Origin: Gaiellaceae bacterium
GTDB lineage: Bacteria; Actinomycetota; Thermoleophilia; Gaiellales; Gaiellaceae
Assembly (NCBI GenBank): GCA_045806225.1
Contig: JBJMJS010000132.1
Location: forward strand, 150 to 64,149
DNA length: 64,000 nucleotides
Direction of reading: 5' to 3'
In this document: piece after piece, positions 9,590 through 18,666 of the stretch
Position numbering within the stretch: the stretch's first letter is position 1
Layout: each line of letters begins with the position of its first letter
Notes under the pieces: model-generated
Told to the model about the DNA's origin: nothing
The model's database searches: none
Seen by the model: only the letters and a program-made list of their open reading frames with translations
Position numbers and translations under genes: made by a program

Positions 9590-10935
9590 GCGGCGGTCAC
9601 GGCCTCCAGCCGCGTCTCGTCGAGGAAACTGGTCGAGTAGACGCCGCTGCGGAACGCCTCGGTCCCGAGGATCTCGAACGCGGCGTCGCGCGTCGTCGCG
9701 ACACCGCGAAGCTCGAGCTCTGAGAGTGCGCGACGCGAACGTTCGATCGCGGCCGGCCGATCGTCGTCCCACGCGATCACCTTCGCGACGAGCGAGTCGT
9801 AGTACGGCGGGATCACGGCGCCGTCTTCGACGTGTGTGTCGACTCGGACACCCGGGCCGAGCGGCGCACGGAACCGCTCGACGACGCCCGGCGCCGGAGC
9901 GAAGCCACGCGAGGGGTCCTCGGCGTTGATCCTGATCTCGATCGCGTGGCCTCGACGCGGGGCGCGACCGGTGAGCGTGAGCGGGCGGCCGGACGCAATC
10001 CGCAGTTGCTCGCGCACGATGTCGATTCCGGTCACCGCTTCGCTGACCGGATGCTCGACCTGCAGCCGCGCGTTCAACTCGATGAAGTAGAACGACCCGT
10101 CTTGCGCGAGCAGGAACTCGAACGTGCCGGCGTTCGCGTAGCCGATCTGCCGGCAGGCGGCCGCGACGGACGCTTCCATCGCAGCACGCGTCTCCTCGTC
10201 GAGCGCGACCGAAGGCGACTCTTCGATCAGTTTTTGATGACGCCGCTGGATCGAGCATTCGCGGTCGCCGAGCGTGAGTACGCCGCCGTCGGCGTCGGCG
10301 ATCACCTGGATCTCGACGTGCCGCGCCGGCGCGATCGCCTTCTCGAGGTACAGACGGCCGTCGCCGAACGCGGCGAGCGCCTCCGACGACGCACGCGTGT
10401 ACGCCTCCTCGAGCAGGTCAGGCTCGCCCACGAGGCGCATGCCCTTTCCCCCGCCGCCTGCGCGAGCCTTCAGGAGCACGGGATAGCCGATGTCCTCGGC
10501 TGCTGCCCGCGCCTCCGCGGCCGTGGCGGTGTCCGCGCCGGGAACGAGCGGTACGCCGGCGGCCGCGACCTCCCTCTTCGCCTGTGCCTTGTCGCCCATG
10601 CGCGCCATCACGTCCGCATCGGGGCCGACGAACACGAGGTCGTTGTCCTCGCACGCGCGGACGAACGCGGGATTCTCGGAGAGGAACCCGTAGCCGGGGT
10701 GGACCGCGTCGCAGCCGGTCGTCTCGGCCGCTGCGACGACCGACGGCATGTTCAGGTAGCTCGCGGCGGCCGGCGGCGGGCCGATGCACACCGCGTGGTC
10801 GGCGAGTCTCCTGTGCAGCGACCCCGCGTCCGCGGTCGAGTACACGGCGACGGCCTCGACGTTCAGCTCATGCAGTGCACGAATCACGCGGACCGCGATC
10901 TCGCCGCGGTTCGCGACCAGCACGCGCCGGAACAT
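9586..10935 (-). CDS. accC: Biotin carboxylase subunit
   Basis: 449 aa from the ATG at 10935 (ATGA overlap with the upstream stop). Sequence: MFRRVLVANRGEIAVRVIRA...HPGYGFLSEN...GGGGKGMR...ECSIQRRHQKLIEE...NARLQVEHPVSE. The upstream 379 aa of track ORF 9586..12072 are an R/A/G-rich artefact. Confidence 0.92.
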   Translation of the reverse strand: MFRRVLVANRGEIAVRVIRALHELNVEAVAVYSTADAGSLHRRLADHAVCIGPPPAAASYLNMPSVVAAAETTGCDAVHPGYGFLSENPAFVRACEDNDLVFVGPDADVMARMGDKAQAKREVAAAGVPLVPGADTATAAEARAAAEDIGYPVLLKARAGGGGKGMRLVGEPDLLEEAYTRASSEALAAFGDGRLYLEKAIAPARHVEIQVIADADGGVLTLGDRECSIQRRHQKLIEESPSVALDEETRAAMEASVAAACRQIGYANAGTFEFLLAQDGSFYFIELNARLQVEHPVSEAVTGIDIVREQLRIASGRPLTLTGRAPRRGHAIEIRINAEDPSRGFAPAPGVVERFRAPLGPGVRVDTHVEDGAVIPPYYDSLVAKVIAWDDDRPAAIERSRRALSELELRGVATTRDAAFEILGTEAFRSGVYSTSFLDETRLEAVTAA

Positions 10936-12743
10936 CAGATCGCGGGGAGGCCGTTGACCGGCTCGAGCTCGAACAGCAACTGCCCGTACTCGACGGCCTG
11001 CCCGTTCTCGACGTTGATCGAGCGGACGATCCCCTCGATGTCCGACTTCACCTCGTTCATCAGCTTCATCGCCTCGAGAATGCAGAGCGTTTGCCCCGCG
11101 CCGACTGGTGCCCCCTCCTCGACGAACGGTGCCGCGCCAGGCTCGGGGGCGCGGTAGAAGGTCCCCACCATCGGCGCCTCGACCCGGACGAGGCCGTTCG
11201 ACGGCGGCGCAATCGGCGCGGCGGGCTCCTCGTCCGGCGGCGCAAGCAGCCCCGGCTGCGCCGCGGCCGCGGCGGGCGCCCCGTCCGTCCGCCGGACCGA
11301 TACGCGCATCCCCGCCTCCTCGATCGTGACCTCGCCGATGCCCGACTCCTGCACGATCCGGACGAGCTCCCGGATCCGCTCCGCCCGTGCCTGGTCGACC
11401 CCGCCTGCCCCGAGACGCTCCTCGCCCGTCGACCGGCCCCGGATCGCGCGCAGCAGCGGCTCCGCCTCGTCGCCGAACAGCCCCAGCAGGAGCAACTCCT
11501 CCTCGCTCGACGCCAGCCCCTCGTTCTGCGCGCGGACCTCGTGCAGCGGCGGCGCGGCCGCCTCGTCGCTGTCGGGATCCGCGGTGAGGGCGACGGCTCG
11601 CCGGACGGTCGCGTCGATCGGCGCCGGCGGCGTCCCCAGCTTGCCCTCGACGAGTGCCCGCAGCTCGTCGACGATCACGCCGTACCGCACCGCGGAAAGG
11701 ACGTTCAGCACTGCCTGCGAGCCGAGGAACTGGCCGATCGGCGACGCGAGCGGCGGCCAGCCGACCTCTTCGCGGATCCGCACGAGCTCCTCGATCACCT
11801 CGTCGAGCCGATCGCGCTGCCCCTGGGCGCGCAGATTCGCGTCGACGGCCGCGACGAGACCGGCGGGCAGATCGTGTTCCGCGGCTCGCACTGCGATCCG
11901 CGGTGCGAGCGGCGTCATCGGCTCGTCGCCGATGTGCTCGTCGACGACATCGGACGCGCGCCACAGCGCCGCGACATCGACGTCGCAGTCGAGCCCGAGG
12001 CCGAGCAGCGCCTCGGCGAGCGCCTCCCCCGACACGCGGTGCAGCGAGAGCGCAATCGGGTAGACGGCGCACGCGATCAGCTCCGCGCCGGCGCGCGCGG
12101 CTTCGAGGGCTGCTGCGAGCGCATTGCCTGCCGATCCCTGGCAGTAGATCCCGACCGGCAGGTTCGTCGCCTCGCGCAGGCCAGTCACGAGCTCGCCTGC
12201 GCGGTGCGGTTGCAGCGAGCCGGTCGGATCGTGCAGCAGCACGCGCGCCGCGCCGAGCGAAGGGAGCTCGCGCGCCTGTTCGAGAAGCGCATCAGTCTCA
12301 CCCGTTCGGCCCGGGCTATAGACGAGGCCGGCTTCGAATTCCGCGCCCGCGCGGGCGACCGCGTCGGCGGCGCCGCGCAAGTTCGACACGTCGTTCAGCG
12401 GATCGTGCAGTCGGAACACCCCGACGCCGTTCGCCGCAGCCGACGCGATGAACCGGCGAACGAAGTCGTCGTCGGCCGGGCGGGACCCGACGAGGAACCG
12501 GCCGCGGAGCGCGAGCCCGAGCGGCGTCTGCGTGCGCCCACGCAGCGCGCGGATCCGTTCCCACGGGCTTTCGACACCGCGGCGCACCGCACTGTCGAAG
12601 CATCCGCCCCCGGACACTTCGAGGTACGCGAGGCCCGCGCCGTCGAGGACCTCGGCGATCTGCAGCTGGTCGGCGGTCGGGATACGGCCCGCGAGCGGTT
12701 CCTGGCCGAGCAGCCGGATGGTCGTGTCTGCGAGCCGCGGCAT
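10935..12743 (-). CDS. Fusion: pyruvate carboxylase subunit B/OadA/5S-like carboxyltransferase domain (degenerate motifs) plus full-length AccB-type biotin carboxyl carrier protein
   Basis: 602 aa. Residues 1-~440 resemble the HMGL-like/PYC_OADA fold (ADTTIRLLGQ, FRLHDPLND). Residues ~445-602 align by eye to the whole of E. coli AccB (RIRELVRIVQESGIGEVTIEE...APMVGTFYRAPEPGAAPFVEEG...LCILEAMKLMNEV). Confidence 0.85.
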   Translation of the reverse strand: MPRLADTTIRLLGQEPLAGRIPTADQLQIAEVLDGAGLAYLEVSGGGCFDSAVRRGVESPWERIRALRGRTQTPLGLALRGRFLVGSRPADDDFVRRFIASAAANGVGVFRLHDPLNDVSNLRGAADAVARAGAEFEAGLVYSPGRTGETDALLEQARELPSLGAARVLLHDPTGSLQPHRAGELVTGLREATNLPVGIYCQGSAGNALAAALEAARAGAELIACAVYPIALSLHRVSGEALAEALLGLGLDCDVDVAALWRASDVVDEHIGDEPMTPLAPRIAVRAAEHDLPAGLVAAVDANLRAQGQRDRLDEVIEELVRIREEVGWPPLASPIGQFLGSQAVLNVLSAVRYGVIVDELRALVEGKLGTPPAPIDATVRRAVALTADPDSDEAAAPPLHEVRAQNEGLASSEEELLLLGLFGDEAEPLLRAIRGRSTGEERLGAGGVDQARAERIRELVRIVQESGIGEVTIEEAGMRVSVRRTDGAPAAAAAQPGLLAPPDEEPAAPIAPPSNGLVRVEAPMVGTFYRAPEPGAAPFVEEGAPVGAGQTLCILEAMKLMNEVKSDIEGIVRSINVENGQAVEYGQLLFELEPVNGLPAI

Positions 12744-12784
12744 CGCGAGGGGAGGTTATCGCCGCCCCGTTAGGTTTTCCCCAG

Positions 12785-13384
12785 ATGGAAGTCGTCGAGC
12801 TGCGTCCCGGCCTGTGGCGTTGGACGGCCGCACATCCCGAATGGGTGCCCGGCGACCACTGGCCGCGGGTCGTCGCGTCGGTCTACGCAGAGCTCCCGGA
12901 CGCCCTCGTCGTGATCGACCCCCTCGTTCCGCATGACGAGGCCGAGCGGTTCTGGGCGGCGTTCGACCGTGACGTCGAGCGGTCGGGTCGGCCGGTGTGC
13001 GTCCTCCTCACCGTCCACTGGCACGAGCGAAACGCGGCCGAGGTGCTCGAGCGCTACGGCGGGACGCTCTGGCGGCCGGAGCAACGCGACGCGCCGCTCC
13101 CGTCGGGCGTGCAGGCGCACCTCGTCGACGGCGCGGACTGGGTCGAGGCGCTCTTCTATCTCGAGCCGTTCGACACGCTCGTCGCCGGCGACCTGCTCAT
13201 CGCCGATCCGACGCTCCGCGTCCCGGTCTCGTGGTTTCCGACCGAGGAGCAGGACTGGGCGCGCGTCGACCTGAAGGAGCGGCTCCGCCCGCTGCTCGAC
13301 CGGAAGGTCGACCTCGTGCTCGTTGCACACGGCAACCCTGTTCTGAACGGCGCGCACGCGGCACTCTCGGCCGCCCTTTCCTGA
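12785..13384 (+). CDS. Hypothetical protein, MBL-fold-like with a degenerate metal motif
   Basis: 199 aa with balanced composition (W/F/Y/H present), unlike the antisense ORF. LLTVHWHERN resembles HxHxDH but lacks the D and H. Divergent from the carboxylase operon across a 41-bp gap. Confidence 0.5.
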   Translation: MEVVELRPGLWRWTAAHPEWVPGDHWPRVVASVYAELPDALVVIDPLVPHDEAERFWAAFDRDVERSGRPVCVLLTVHWHERNAAEVLERYGGTLWRPEQRDAPLPSGVQAHLVDGADWVEALFYLEPFDTLVAGDLLIADPTLRVPVSWFPTEEQDWARVDLKERLRPLLDRKVDLVLVAHGNPVLNGAHAALSAALS

Positions 13385-13409
13385 ACCGCCCGCACGTTTT
13401 GCGGTCGCG

Positions 13410-13976
13410 CTAGACGCGGCTGATGTAGCGGCGCTCGCGTGGGTCGACCTTGATGCGGTCACCCGTGTTGACGAACAGCGGCACCTGCACGATCGCGCCG
13501 GTCTCGAGCGTCGCCGGCTTCGTCACGTTCGAGACGGTGTCACCCTTGACGCCGGGCTCGGTTTCGGCGACCGCGAGCTCGACCGACGCCGGAAGCTGCA
13601 CGCCCGACGGGCTGCCGTTCACGACCAGCATCTGGACCGAGCTGGACGGCTGCATGAAGTCGAGCACGTCCTCGACCGAGCTCCGCGGCAGCGGCGTCTG
13701 CTCGTACGTGTCCTCGTCCATGAAGACGACCTCGTCACCCGCGTCGTACAGGTACTGCATGTTCTTGGTCTCCGTACGGATGCGCGGGAACTTCTCGCCG
13801 GCGCGGAAGGTACGGTCGACGACCGCGCCCGATTGGAGCGCCTTCAGCTTCGTCCGCACGAACGCGCCGCCCTTGCCCGGCTTCACGTGCTGGAAGTCGA
13901 CGATGCGCCACACGCCGCCGTCGAGCTCGATATGCATGCCGTTCTTGAACTGGTTCGTGTTGACCTGCTCCGCCAT
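13410..13976 (-). CDS. efp: Elongation factor P
   Basis: 188 aa. NQFKNGMHIELDGGVWRIVDFQHVKPGKGGAFVRTKLK is the canonical EF-P sequence. Confidence 0.95.
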   Translation of the reverse strand: MAEQVNTNQFKNGMHIELDGGVWRIVDFQHVKPGKGGAFVRTKLKALQSGAVVDRTFRAGEKFPRIRTETKNMQYLYDAGDEVVFMDEDTYEQTPLPRSSVEDVLDFMQPSSSVQMLVVNGSPSGVQLPASVELAVAETEPGVKGDTVSNVTKPATLETGAIVQVPLFVNTGDRIKVDPRERRYISRV

Positions 13977-13986
13977 CCACGAGAGG

Positions 13987-15024
13987 CTAACCGACGTCGA
14001 TCAGGTCCTTGCGGAGGTGCGTCAGGTTCTCGATGCCGCCGTCGGTCACGACGACGTTGTCCTCGATGCGGATCCCGCCGCGGTCGGCGACATAGATGCC
14101 GGGCTCGACGGTCGCGACGTTGCCCGTCTCGAGCGTGTCCGTCGACTCCGCCGAGAGCCTCGGCGCTTCGTGCACCTCGATCCCGAGCCCGTGGCCGAGG
14201 CCGTGGCCGAACAGCCCCGAAAACCGGGAGCCCTCGACGACGCTGCGCGCGAGGGCATCGGCATCCCGGCCCGTCTGGCCGGCGTGAATGCCGTCGAGCG
14301 CGGCTTGCTGCGCTTCGACCACGACGCTGTACGCCTCCCGGAGATCGTCCGGCAGCGTGCCGGTCGCGAATGTGCGCGTGTAGTCGGACGCGTAGCCGTC
14401 GACCACGCAACCGGCGTCGATGACGACCGTCTCGCTGCGGCCGATCTCGCGGTCGCCGGCGCGCGCGTGAGGCTTCGCCGAGTTCGGTCCCGACGCGACG
14501 ATCAGCTCGAAACTGAGGTCGTGCGCGCCCTCATCGTGGAACAGCTGCGTCATCGTCCACGCGACGTCGCGCTCGGTCCGTCCGACGAACGGCTCACCTG
14601 CGAGCCGCTCGAAGACGCGGTCCGCGATCGCGCAGGCACGGCGGAGCGCATCGAGCTCCCGCTCGTCCTTGACCGCGCGCAGCGACTCGACGAGGCCCGG
14701 CCGTGCGACGAGCTCGAGCCCGTCGCTGCGTAGCTTCTCGTAGCCCGCGTACGTCACGTATGCCGATTCGAAACCGATCCGCCCCTTCAGCCGCGACGCG
14801 AGGTCGCCTAGCACGTCGCGCTTCGTCTCGACGAACTCCACCTTCTCGACGCCGCGGGCGGCGCTTGCGTACCGGAAGTCCGTGAAGAGCTGCACGCGGT
14901 CCGTGTCGACGAGAAGCGCCGCATTCGAGCTCTTGAATCCAGTCAGGTAGAAGACGCTGTTCGGATTCGTGACCAGGAGCGGCTCCTCCAGGAGGCCGCG
15001 GAGCTGGTCGAGACGGTCGCTCAT
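13987..15024 (-). CDS. pepQ: M24-family Xaa-Pro aminopeptidase/dipeptidase
   Basis: 345 aa. DAGCVVDGYASDYTRTF, HGLGHGLGIEVHE and GIRIEDNVVVT metal-ligand motifs. Conserved efp-pepQ synteny. Confidence 0.85.
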   Translation of the reverse strand: MSDRLDQLRGLLEEPLLVTNPNSVFYLTGFKSSNAALLVDTDRVQLFTDFRYASAARGVEKVEFVETKRDVLGDLASRLKGRIGFESAYVTYAGYEKLRSDGLELVARPGLVESLRAVKDERELDALRRACAIADRVFERLAGEPFVGRTERDVAWTMTQLFHDEGAHDLSFELIVASGPNSAKPHARAGDREIGRSETVVIDAGCVVDGYASDYTRTFATGTLPDDLREAYSVVVEAQQAALDGIHAGQTGRDADALARSVVEGSRFSGLFGHGLGHGLGIEVHEAPRLSAESTDTLETGNVATVEPGIYVADRGGIRIEDNVVVTDGGIENLTHLRKDLIDVG

Positions 15025-15455
15025 GCCTGCCCCTTGTCCACGATGAATTCGAGCGCCTCACGGTAGCCGTCGGGGCCCTTGCCGATCACGCGCGTCGTCG
15101 CGAGGTCGGCGATGACGGAGTGCCGCCGCCACTCCTCACGCGCGTTCACGTCCGAGAGGTGAACCTCGACGAGCGGCACGTCGAGCAACTCGAGCGCGTC
15201 GCGAATCGCGTACGAGTAGTGCGTCCACGCTCCGGGATTGGCAACGACGCCGTCTGCCCAGTCGAGCGCGTCGTGGCACCACGCGACGTATTCCCCCTCG
15301 CTGTTCGTCTGCCGGCAACGGACGTGGCAGCCGAGCTCCGTGGCCCATTCATAGATGCGCGTCTCGAGCTCAGCGAGCGAGAGCCCGCCGTAGAGCGCCG
15401 GATCCCGGCGGCCGAGCACGTCGAGATTGACCCCGTTCAGCACGACGACCTGCAC
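15021..15455 (-). CDS. aroQ: Type II 3-dehydroquinate dehydratase
   Basis: 144 aa. VLNGVNLDVLGRRDPALYG, RQTNSEGE, NPGAWTHYSYAIRDA, VEVHLSDV. Confidence 0.92.
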   Translation of the reverse strand: MQVVVLNGVNLDVLGRRDPALYGGLSLAELETRIYEWATELGCHVRCRQTNSEGEYVAWCHDALDWADGVVANPGAWTHYSYAIRDALELLDVPLVEVHLSDVNAREEWRRHSVIADLATTRVIGKGPDGYREALEFIVDKGQA

Positions 15456-15471
15456 GCGGTGACTCTAGTTG

Positions 15472-16677
15472 CTACCGGGTGACGCGCCCGAGGCCCGCCC
15501 GCGTACTCGTCGCGATCGGGATGCCGTTCCGCCAGTCGACTTCGATGTACTTGCGCGTGTTGCGGAGCGGTGGCAACGACCCAGCGAGGCGCGACGGGTT
15601 CGTCGCGAAGAACTGACCGGTATCGCCGACGTAGACGTACTTGCCGTCGAGCGTGTGCTGGAGCCACCCGCTGCGGTGGCAGTCGTACGCGCATGGCGCC
15701 TCGAGCTCCCCGAGGGCGTTGATCGCGAGCGCAGCGATCTGGCGCGGGCGCACGCGCGGGAGCTTCGAGACGTCGAAGACGCGAACGACGCTCGCCGGCG
15801 CGTCGAGAACCCAGAGCTGTTTCTCGTTCGGCGACAGCGAGATGCCGTGGCTCGGGGCGCTCAGCGGATAGCCGTTCGGCACCGATCCGAAGGTGATCGT
15901 CGCGAGGACCTTGCCGGTCGCAATGCTTTCGATCTGGAAACCGCGGTGCGCGGTGTGTGTGGTGAACGCGAGCGTCTGCCGGCCGTTGATCGTGAACGGC
16001 CGCACACTGTCCTCGAGCGGACCGAGTCGGCGGATCACGCGGTTCGTGCGCGTGTCGACGACGGTCAGCCACTTGTCGCCGCGCGGGGCGAGGTACGCGC
16101 GGCGGCCGTCGAGCGAGACGATGGTGTTGTGCGAGTACGCGCCGCCGGCAACCCACGCCTCGACCCGCCCGGTCGCGGTCGCGATCACGTTCCAGTACGG
16201 CGCGGCTTCCGCCTCGCCGAGCGGCATGTAGATCCTGCGTCCGTCCGGCGTCAGCGCGAACGAGTCGATCCCGACGGGGTAGTCCTTCGCCCACACGATC
16301 CGCTCGGCGACGAGGTCGTACTTCAGAAGCGACCCGGTTCCGTGGTCTCCGCCGTCGCCGCCATATGAGATGTACATCGCATGTCGCCGCGGATCGACCG
16401 CCACGCCGCGGATGCCCGCCTTCGTCGCCGGCAGGAGAATGCGCTCCACCCGCGCGGTCGAGCCCTCCCGGTAGACGTCGATCTCGCCGTCGAGGAGGAC
16501 GTACTCGTAGCGGCCGCGCGTCGGGTGAGAACCGGCCACCACCTGCGCCGCCGGCACGGCGACCGTTCGCGGCGAGAAGGGCGGTCGGGGAACGTTGCTC
16601 ACCGCCGCGCCGGTCGAGACCACGACCGCAGCGAACGCGGGAACTGCTGCCGCGATCACGATCGTCGCGCGCAGCAC
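15472..16677 (-). CDS. Secreted beta-propeller repeat protein (YVTN/lactonase-like)
   Basis: C-terminal 401 aa of ORF 15472..17271, from the GTG at ~16677 (VLRATIVIAAAVPAFAAVVVSTG, a signal peptide). Repeated propeller-like blades (RRIYMP, RRAYLAP, KQLWVLD, KYVYVGD). The upstream part of the track ORF overlaps the convincing cupin gene on the plus strand. Confidence 0.65.
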   Translation of the reverse strand: MLRATIVIAAAVPAFAAVVVSTGAAVSNVPRPPFSPRTVAVPAAQVVAGSHPTRGRYEYVLLDGEIDVYREGSTARVERILLPATKAGIRGVAVDPRRHAMYISYGGDGGDHGTGSLLKYDLVAERIVWAKDYPVGIDSFALTPDGRRIYMPLGEAEAAPYWNVIATATGRVEAWVAGGAYSHNTIVSLDGRRAYLAPRGDKWLTVVDTRTNRVIRRLGPLEDSVRPFTINGRQTLAFTTHTAHRGFQIESIATGKVLATITFGSVPNGYPLSAPSHGISLSPNEKQLWVLDAPASVVRVFDVSKLPRVRPRQIAALAINALGELEAPCAYDCHRSGWLQHTLDGKYVYVGDTGQFFATNPSRLAGSLPPLRNTRKYIEVDWRNGIPIATSTRAGLGRVTR

Positions 16678-16734
16678 GCGGCGAGTGTAGCTGCGGTGCG
16701 CGCGCCAGCTTCGATGCCGTAGTAGGGTCGCGGC

Positions 16735-17220
16735 GTGGACCGACCGAACGTCTTCGGGTCGGAGTGGGATCTTTCGCGGCGGGGCGTGAAGCTCGCGTCC
16801 GTCACGGGCCCAGGCGCGGGAGGATTGCTGGGCGCGACCGTCTACGAGCTCGACGAGGGTGCGCGTTGGGCCGAACTTCACGTGCACTACGCGAACGAGG
16901 AGCTGATCCTCGTTCTCACCGGCAGCGTGACGCTGCACGGACTCGAGGAGTCGCGAGCGCTCGCGACCGGCGACGTCGTCGTCTGTCCCCGCGGCCGCCA
17001 AGGCGCCCATCGCCTCGAGAACACCGGCGGCGAGGCGGCGCGCGTGCTGATCGTCTCGACGCTGAACATGCCCGAGATCGTCGAGTATCCGGAGCAAGGC
17101 AACGTCTTCGTGATGACCGAAGGGCCGTATACGGACGGCGTCAACGATCCGGACACGCACGGCCGGATCGTTCGCGTCTTCTCGCGTGACGACGGGCGAC
17201 CGGTTCCCCCGGATTCCTAG
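16735..17220 (+). CDS. Cupin domain protein
   Basis: 161 aa. Both cupin motifs are readable: ELHVHYANEELILVLTG and GDVVVCPRGRQGAHRLEN. Confidence 0.7.
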   Translation: MDRPNVFGSEWDLSRRGVKLASVTGPGAGGLLGATVYELDEGARWAELHVHYANEELILVLTGSVTLHGLEESRALATGDVVVCPRGRQGAHRLENTGGEAARVLIVSTLNMPEIVEYPEQGNVFVMTEGPYTDGVNDPDTHGRIVRVFSRDDGRPVPPDS

Positions 17221-17279
17221 GAGGGTTTGAGGGAACGTCGCTCGTCGTCGGCAGAGCAGATGTTTCGCCAAGCCCTCCT
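17219..17279. terminator. Long inverted repeat between the convergent cupin and aroKB genes
   Basis: AGGAGGGTTTG (17219-17229) pairs with CAAGCCCTCCT (17269-17279): 11 bp including one G-U, with a ~39-nt loop. It fills the whole convergent gap. Confidence 0.4.
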
Positions 17280-17281
17280 GA

Positions 17282-18640
17282 CTAGTCAGCGATCAGCGTG
17301 TCGAGCGCGGCGCGAACCTCGGCCTCCGGGAGCCGGACGTCCACGCGCGGCCCGTCGTCGGCGAGCAGGACGAGGCCGCGCTTCTTGTCGCGCTGGAGCG
17401 CGGCCCAGGCACGCTCGCGATCGACGCGCACCGGCGTCGGGCCGAGCGTCCGCTCGACGACGTCTGTCGGACGGCCGGAGAGTCGAAGCGCCGCGAGCAG
17501 CCCGAGCGCCACCGCACTCCCGTGCGTGACCTGCTCGTAACCGCCCGCCGCCTCGAGCGCATGCGCGAACGTGTGGCCGAGGTTGAGCATCGCCCGCTCG
17601 CCGCGGTCGAACGGGTCGCGCAGGGACACAGCAGCCTTGAACGCCGCGCAGCGCCGGACGAGGTCGACGTCCGGGAGCTCCCATAACGGCTCGCCCGCGA
17701 GGAGCCCCGTCTTCACCACCTCCGCCATCCCCTCCCGCCGCTCGCGCTCCGGCAGCGTCTGCAGGAGCGCGGGATCGATCACGGTCGCGGCCGGCCAGTG
17801 AAACGCGCCGACGAGGTTTTTCCCCTCCGGCAGGTCGAGCGCCGTCTTGCCGCCGATCGCGGCGTCGACCTGCCCGACGAGCGTCGTCGGGACCGCGACC
17901 CAGGCGATGCCGCGCAGATACGTCGCCGCGACGAAGCCGGCGACGTCGGTGACGGAGCCGCCGCCGAGTGCGACGAGCGTTCCTCGACGGTCGAGCCGCA
18001 GGTCGCGCCACAGCCTCTCAGCGACGTCTGGCGCCTTCGCCGCCTCGCCCGGCGGCAGCTCGTGCGTCGATTGCAGGCGCTCGCCGAGCGCGAGCTGCGC
18101 CGTCGCGCCGTGGATGCCCGCGACGTGCGGGTCCGTGACGAGTGAGACATCTCCCGCCGGAACCGCCGACGCGAGCAGCTCGAGGGCGCCGACACCGACG
18201 TCGATCCCCGCGGCCGCGAGCACGACGTCGTCGGCGTCTCGGGCGACCGCATGTGCGGCTTCCGCATAGAGCGGTCGCCGGCGTTCGTACCGCCGCCTGA
18301 ACTCGGCTTCGTCCTGCGCGAGCGGCCGCTCACTACCGCGGACGCGGTCCCAGGCGGTGCCGACGTCCACGTCGAGGTGGACGACGAACGTGTCGGTGCG
18401 ATCGAGCAGTCCGCGCGTCTCGACTGCACCGCCGCCGACCGCCACGACGACAGGCTCGCGTCGTGCACAGACGTCCCCGACGACCTCCACCTCGATCTCG
18501 CGGAACGCCGGTTCGCCGCGCTCGCGGAACAGGTCGGCGATTGCGCCGTGACGGTCCTCGATCTCGCGGTCGACGTCGACGAACGGCCGGCCGAGCCGCT
18601 GCGCGATCTCCGGGCCGAGCCTCGACTTCCCGGCGCCCAT
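17282..18640 (-). CDS. aroKB: Bifunctional shikimate kinase / 3-dehydroquinate synthase
   Basis: 452 aa. The N-terminus MGAGKSRLGPEIAQRLGRPFVDVDREIE is AroK. From ~residue 165 the protein is AroB (GGGSVTDVAGFVAATYLRGI, NLGHTFAHALE, HGSAVALG). The true N-terminus is uncertain (see findings). Confidence 0.85.
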   Translation of the reverse strand: MGAGKSRLGPEIAQRLGRPFVDVDREIEDRHGAIADLFRERGEPAFREIEVEVVGDVCARREPVVVAVGGGAVETRGLLDRTDTFVVHLDVDVGTAWDRVRGSERPLAQDEAEFRRRYERRRPLYAEAAHAVARDADDVVLAAAGIDVGVGALELLASAVPAGDVSLVTDPHVAGIHGATAQLALGERLQSTHELPPGEAAKAPDVAERLWRDLRLDRRGTLVALGGGSVTDVAGFVAATYLRGIAWVAVPTTLVGQVDAAIGGKTALDLPEGKNLVGAFHWPAATVIDPALLQTLPERERREGMAEVVKTGLLAGEPLWELPDVDLVRRCAAFKAAVSLRDPFDRGERAMLNLGHTFAHALEAAGGYEQVTHGSAVALGLLAALRLSGRPTDVVERTLGPTPVRVDRERAWAALQRDKKRGLVLLADDGPRVDVRLPEAEVRAALDTLIAD

Positions 18641-18666
18641 GAAGCCGATGAGCGCGAGATGCCGTT

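Noticed and set aside
10936-12072. N-terminal extensions of track ORFs that would make giant proteins: 828 aa for accC, 996 aa for hutU, 621 aa for the oxidoreductase at 59634 and 599 aa for the beta-propeller protein.
   Set aside because: The recognisable protein begins at an internal ATG or GTG that forms an ATGA or GTGA overlap with the upstream gene's stop. The extension overlaps a well-supported gene in another frame and is Arg/Ala/Gly-rich.
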